A stretch of DNA of 18,904 nucleotides, from positions 1 to 18,904 of the forward strand of contig JAFGGO010000094.1 of assembly GCA_016930515.1 (NCBI GenBank), read 5' to 3'. Origin of the DNA: Promethearchaeota archaeon. Lineage in GTDB: Archaea > Asgardarchaeota > Lokiarchaeia > Sigyniarchaeales > SOKP01. This document shows, one piece after another, positions 17,153-18,904 of this stretch. The notes beneath the pieces were generated by a model. The model worked only from the letters and a program-made list of their open reading frames with translations, had not been told where the DNA came from and did no database searches. The first letter of the stretch is position 1. Each line of letters begins with the position of its first letter. A program made the translations under genes and the position numbers.

Positions 17153-17293
17153 ACCAACATTTAACTTTCGAGAATAGATCTCTTCGCCCCGCTCGTCAAC
17201 GACCGTGACGTGTGCGGCGCACGATAGTCAGCAATCAAAACATCTGACAATCATTTCCAATACATTAACTACTCCTTCTGGTACGTCACTCAT
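17144..17293 (-). CDS. vhuU: Selenocysteine-containing small subunit VhuU of F420-non-reducing [NiFeSe] hydrogenase (49 aa; Sec22 from in-frame TGA at 17228-17230)
   Basis: Hand translation MSDVPEGVVNVLEMIVRCFDC-U-LSCAAHVTVVDERGEEIYSRKLNVGLG*; matches the hydrogenase large-subunit C-terminal motif (E..R.yDPCxSCAxH) with TGA at the first ligand position; SD-like GAAGTGA upstream; starts 29 nt after hdrB. Confidence 0.92.
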
Positions 17294-17322
17294 CTTATTA
17301 TCACTTCGCATTTAAATTTGGT

Positions 17323-18201
17323 TTATTCGAGACCGTGTTTTTCTAACAGCTCCTTTGGCCTGGAACGATGGAATTTCATGCCCATTTCGTCCGATTTTAT
17401 ACCAAAAGACAAAGCCAAAAGCTCGGTTAAGTACAAGATCGGTAATCCGTAACTCTTGCCTGAGATCTTTTCTGCCTTTTTCTGGTTGGTATCAAACTGT
17501 TGGAAGCACGCTGGGCAAATCACGACAAACGCTTCTGCACCTGCCGCAATTGCACTATCCATTTTATTAGCAAGGATTTGCATGGATGGTTCTTCTTCTG
17601 TATTTCCAACGCCAGAACCACAACATAGCATTTCTTCCTCGTAATCCACGGGTGTTGCGCCGGTTGCCGCCACGAGTTCGCGCAACTTTTTAGGCTTCAT
17701 GGGATCGTCCGTCTGAACAAGTTCGGAAGGTCGATTGTAGTGGCAGCCAGTATGACACGCAACTTTTAGGCCTGTGAGTTCTTTGGTGACCATTTCCTTG
17801 ATCTTTTCCACACCGACTTCGTGTAAAACTTCCACGAAATGCTTTACGGTGGTGGTTCCTTTAAATTCTCTTCCTACTGCGCTCAGAATCTTGTTTATCT
17901 TTGCTTTTTCGTGTTCGTCGTGGTTTAGTTCCTTGTTAACGACCTTGAGCGTTTGAAAGCACCCGTTACACAAGGATACAATGTCTTTTCCTTCTTGTTC
18001 TGCAATCGTGAGGTTTCTGGCGCCCATTGCCAACCAGCTCGTATGATCAACCGAATTAAATCCCACGGGATCGGGACAACAAGCGAATGGAGCTTCCGAT
18101 GTTTTCACGCCGAGCTTGTCAAATACCTTTCTCGCTGACGCTTCAATAAAAGGAATCCTGTTTCCAATCGTACAACCTTGGAACATCTTATATTCTGTCA
18201 T
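17323..18201 (-). CDS. hdrB: Heterodisulfide reductase subunit B (CCG domains)
   Basis: FQGC, CCP, CNGC, HTGCH, CCG and CPAC motifs of two cysteine-rich CCG domains; adjacent to hdrC; GGAGG SD. Confidence 0.93.
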   Translation of the reverse strand: MTEYKMFQGCTIGNRIPFIEASARKVFDKLGVKTSEAPFACCPDPVGFNSVDHTSWLAMGARNLTIAEQEGKDIVSLCNGCFQTLKVVNKELNHDEHEKAKINKILSAVGREFKGTTTVKHFVEVLHEVGVEKIKEMVTKELTGLKVACHTGCHYNRPSELVQTDDPMKPKKLRELVAATGATPVDYEEEMLCCGSGVGNTEEEPSMQILANKMDSAIAAGAEAFVVICPACFQQFDTNQKKAEKISGKSYGLPILYLTELLALSFGIKSDEMGMKFHRSRPKELLEKHGLE

Positions 18202-18214
18202 CTTTATTCCTCCA

Positions 18215-18709
18215 TTATTTCTTTAAAATTACATTTAATTTTGTTTCGTTTAAGATTTTTTGAACCTCTTCAACACTAGGTTCTTCTACCTTGGGAAGGC
18301 CCAGTTGTTCCCTTCGCTTCTCAATAGCGGGTTGCATCGGAATTGCTTTTCCAGCGTCGTAAATCGTGGATGCTTGTGTCGTATAATAATCAGGACCTTC
18401 TCCCCTAGCAATGCTCATGTTTTTTAAGACTGTAAATATTTCCGTGAGCTCGATTTTCTGTGGACAGATCTCGTCGCAAGTATCGCAAACAGTACATCCC
18501 CAGATTGCAAAATTGTTTTTTTGACCATTGAAGACATTCAAACCCAAGAACGATAGCATTATATTTCCTCTCGGGTTGTATCTATCTGGTGCAACTTTTG
18601 AAACGGGGCACACATCAGTACATCGACCGCACTGGTAGCAATATTTTAAAGCGTCTTTTATGTTAGCATCCATTGCTTTTTTTCTAAGTTCGTAATCTAC
18701 ACTTACCAT
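18215..18709 (-). CDS. hdrC: Heterodisulfide reductase subunit C (2x[4Fe-4S])
   Basis: CYQCGRCTDVCP and WGCTVCDTCDEICP ferredoxin motifs; directly upstream of hdrB. Confidence 0.92.
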   Translation of the reverse strand: MVSVDYELRKKAMDANIKDALKYCYQCGRCTDVCPVSKVAPDRYNPRGNIMLSFLGLNVFNGQKNNFAIWGCTVCDTCDEICPQKIELTEIFTVLKNMSIARGEGPDYYTTQASTIYDAGKAIPMQPAIEKRREQLGLPKVEEPSVEEVQKILNETKLNVILKK

Positions 18710-18747
18710 TATTTTTCACTTAAAATATTATTTGATTGGTAAATAAA

Positions 18748-18904
18748 TTATTTGATCCACGGATCCGGAAGCTTCAATCCGTCCAGTGCCTTGTCTTCGA
18801 ACACCTGCTTTGCCACGTGCATGAGGGTTTTTTCGATACCGGCGATGTTGTGATTCGTCGCCACCAGCAGGTTGGCCTTCTTGCACATGCCTTGAGCGTC
18901 GGAC
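18748..18904 (-). CDS. vhuA: 3' end (partial, runs off window) of a [NiFe]-hydrogenase large subunit, VhuA/MvhA type, lacking the C-terminal DPCxxC motif
   Basis: Hand translation ...SDAQGMCKKANLLVATNHNIAGIEKTLMHVAKQVFEDKALDGLKLPDPWIK*; D..G...KANL.VAT.HN is the conserved late segment of group 3 (Mvh/Vhu) large subunits; TAA at 18748-18750. Confidence 0.8.
   Translation of the reverse strand, partial: SDAQGMCKKANLLVATNHNIAGIEKTLMHVAKQVFEDKALDGLKLPDPWIK

Noticed and set aside
17228-17230. Reading the in-frame TGA as a nonsense mutation (pseudogene fragment of mvhA)
   Set aside because: The TGA sits exactly at the known Sec position, the motif continues intact after it, the ORF has its own start and SD, the partner gene lacks this segment, and a SECIS-like hairpin follows.
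1-18904. CRISPR array, IS/transposase, integrase, rRNA or tRNA genes
   Set aside because: No regularly spaced DNA repeats, recombinase motifs or structured RNA gene signatures seen.

Overview
AT-rich archaeal window whose gene content and style point to an Asgard archaeon of the Lokiarchaeia type (inferred from SDS22-like LRR protein, archaeal MiaB-like methylthiotransferase, HdrBC, and a Sec-containing VhuU with a eukaryote-like SECIS). Left to right: small hypotheticals, a polytopic membrane protein, TatD, an LRR protein and a YkgJ protein. Next is a six-gene operon made of a duplicated three-gene cassette (A-B-C-A'-B'-C') of 2-TM + left-handed beta-helix proteins that resemble the three terminal repeats of Pls/PosA-type amino-acid polymerases split into separate genes. 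Then come a class II (B12) monomeric-type ribonucleotide reductase with an N-terminal ATP cone, three hypotheticals (one possibly Tubby/LURP-scramblase-like, one LITAF-like) and a tRNA methylthiotransferase. The right end holds the 3' end of a hydrogenase/heterodisulfide reductase operon. Main hidden feature, absent from the ORF track: a 49-codon selenoprotein gene (vhuU, 17144..17293, minus strand, in-frame TGA in DC-U-LSCAAH). It supplies the C-terminal metal-binding motif missing from the truncated hydrogenase large subunit at the window edge, is separated from that gene by hdrC-hdrB, and is followed by a kink-turn SECIS-like hairpin whose core UGA is the gene's own stop codon.
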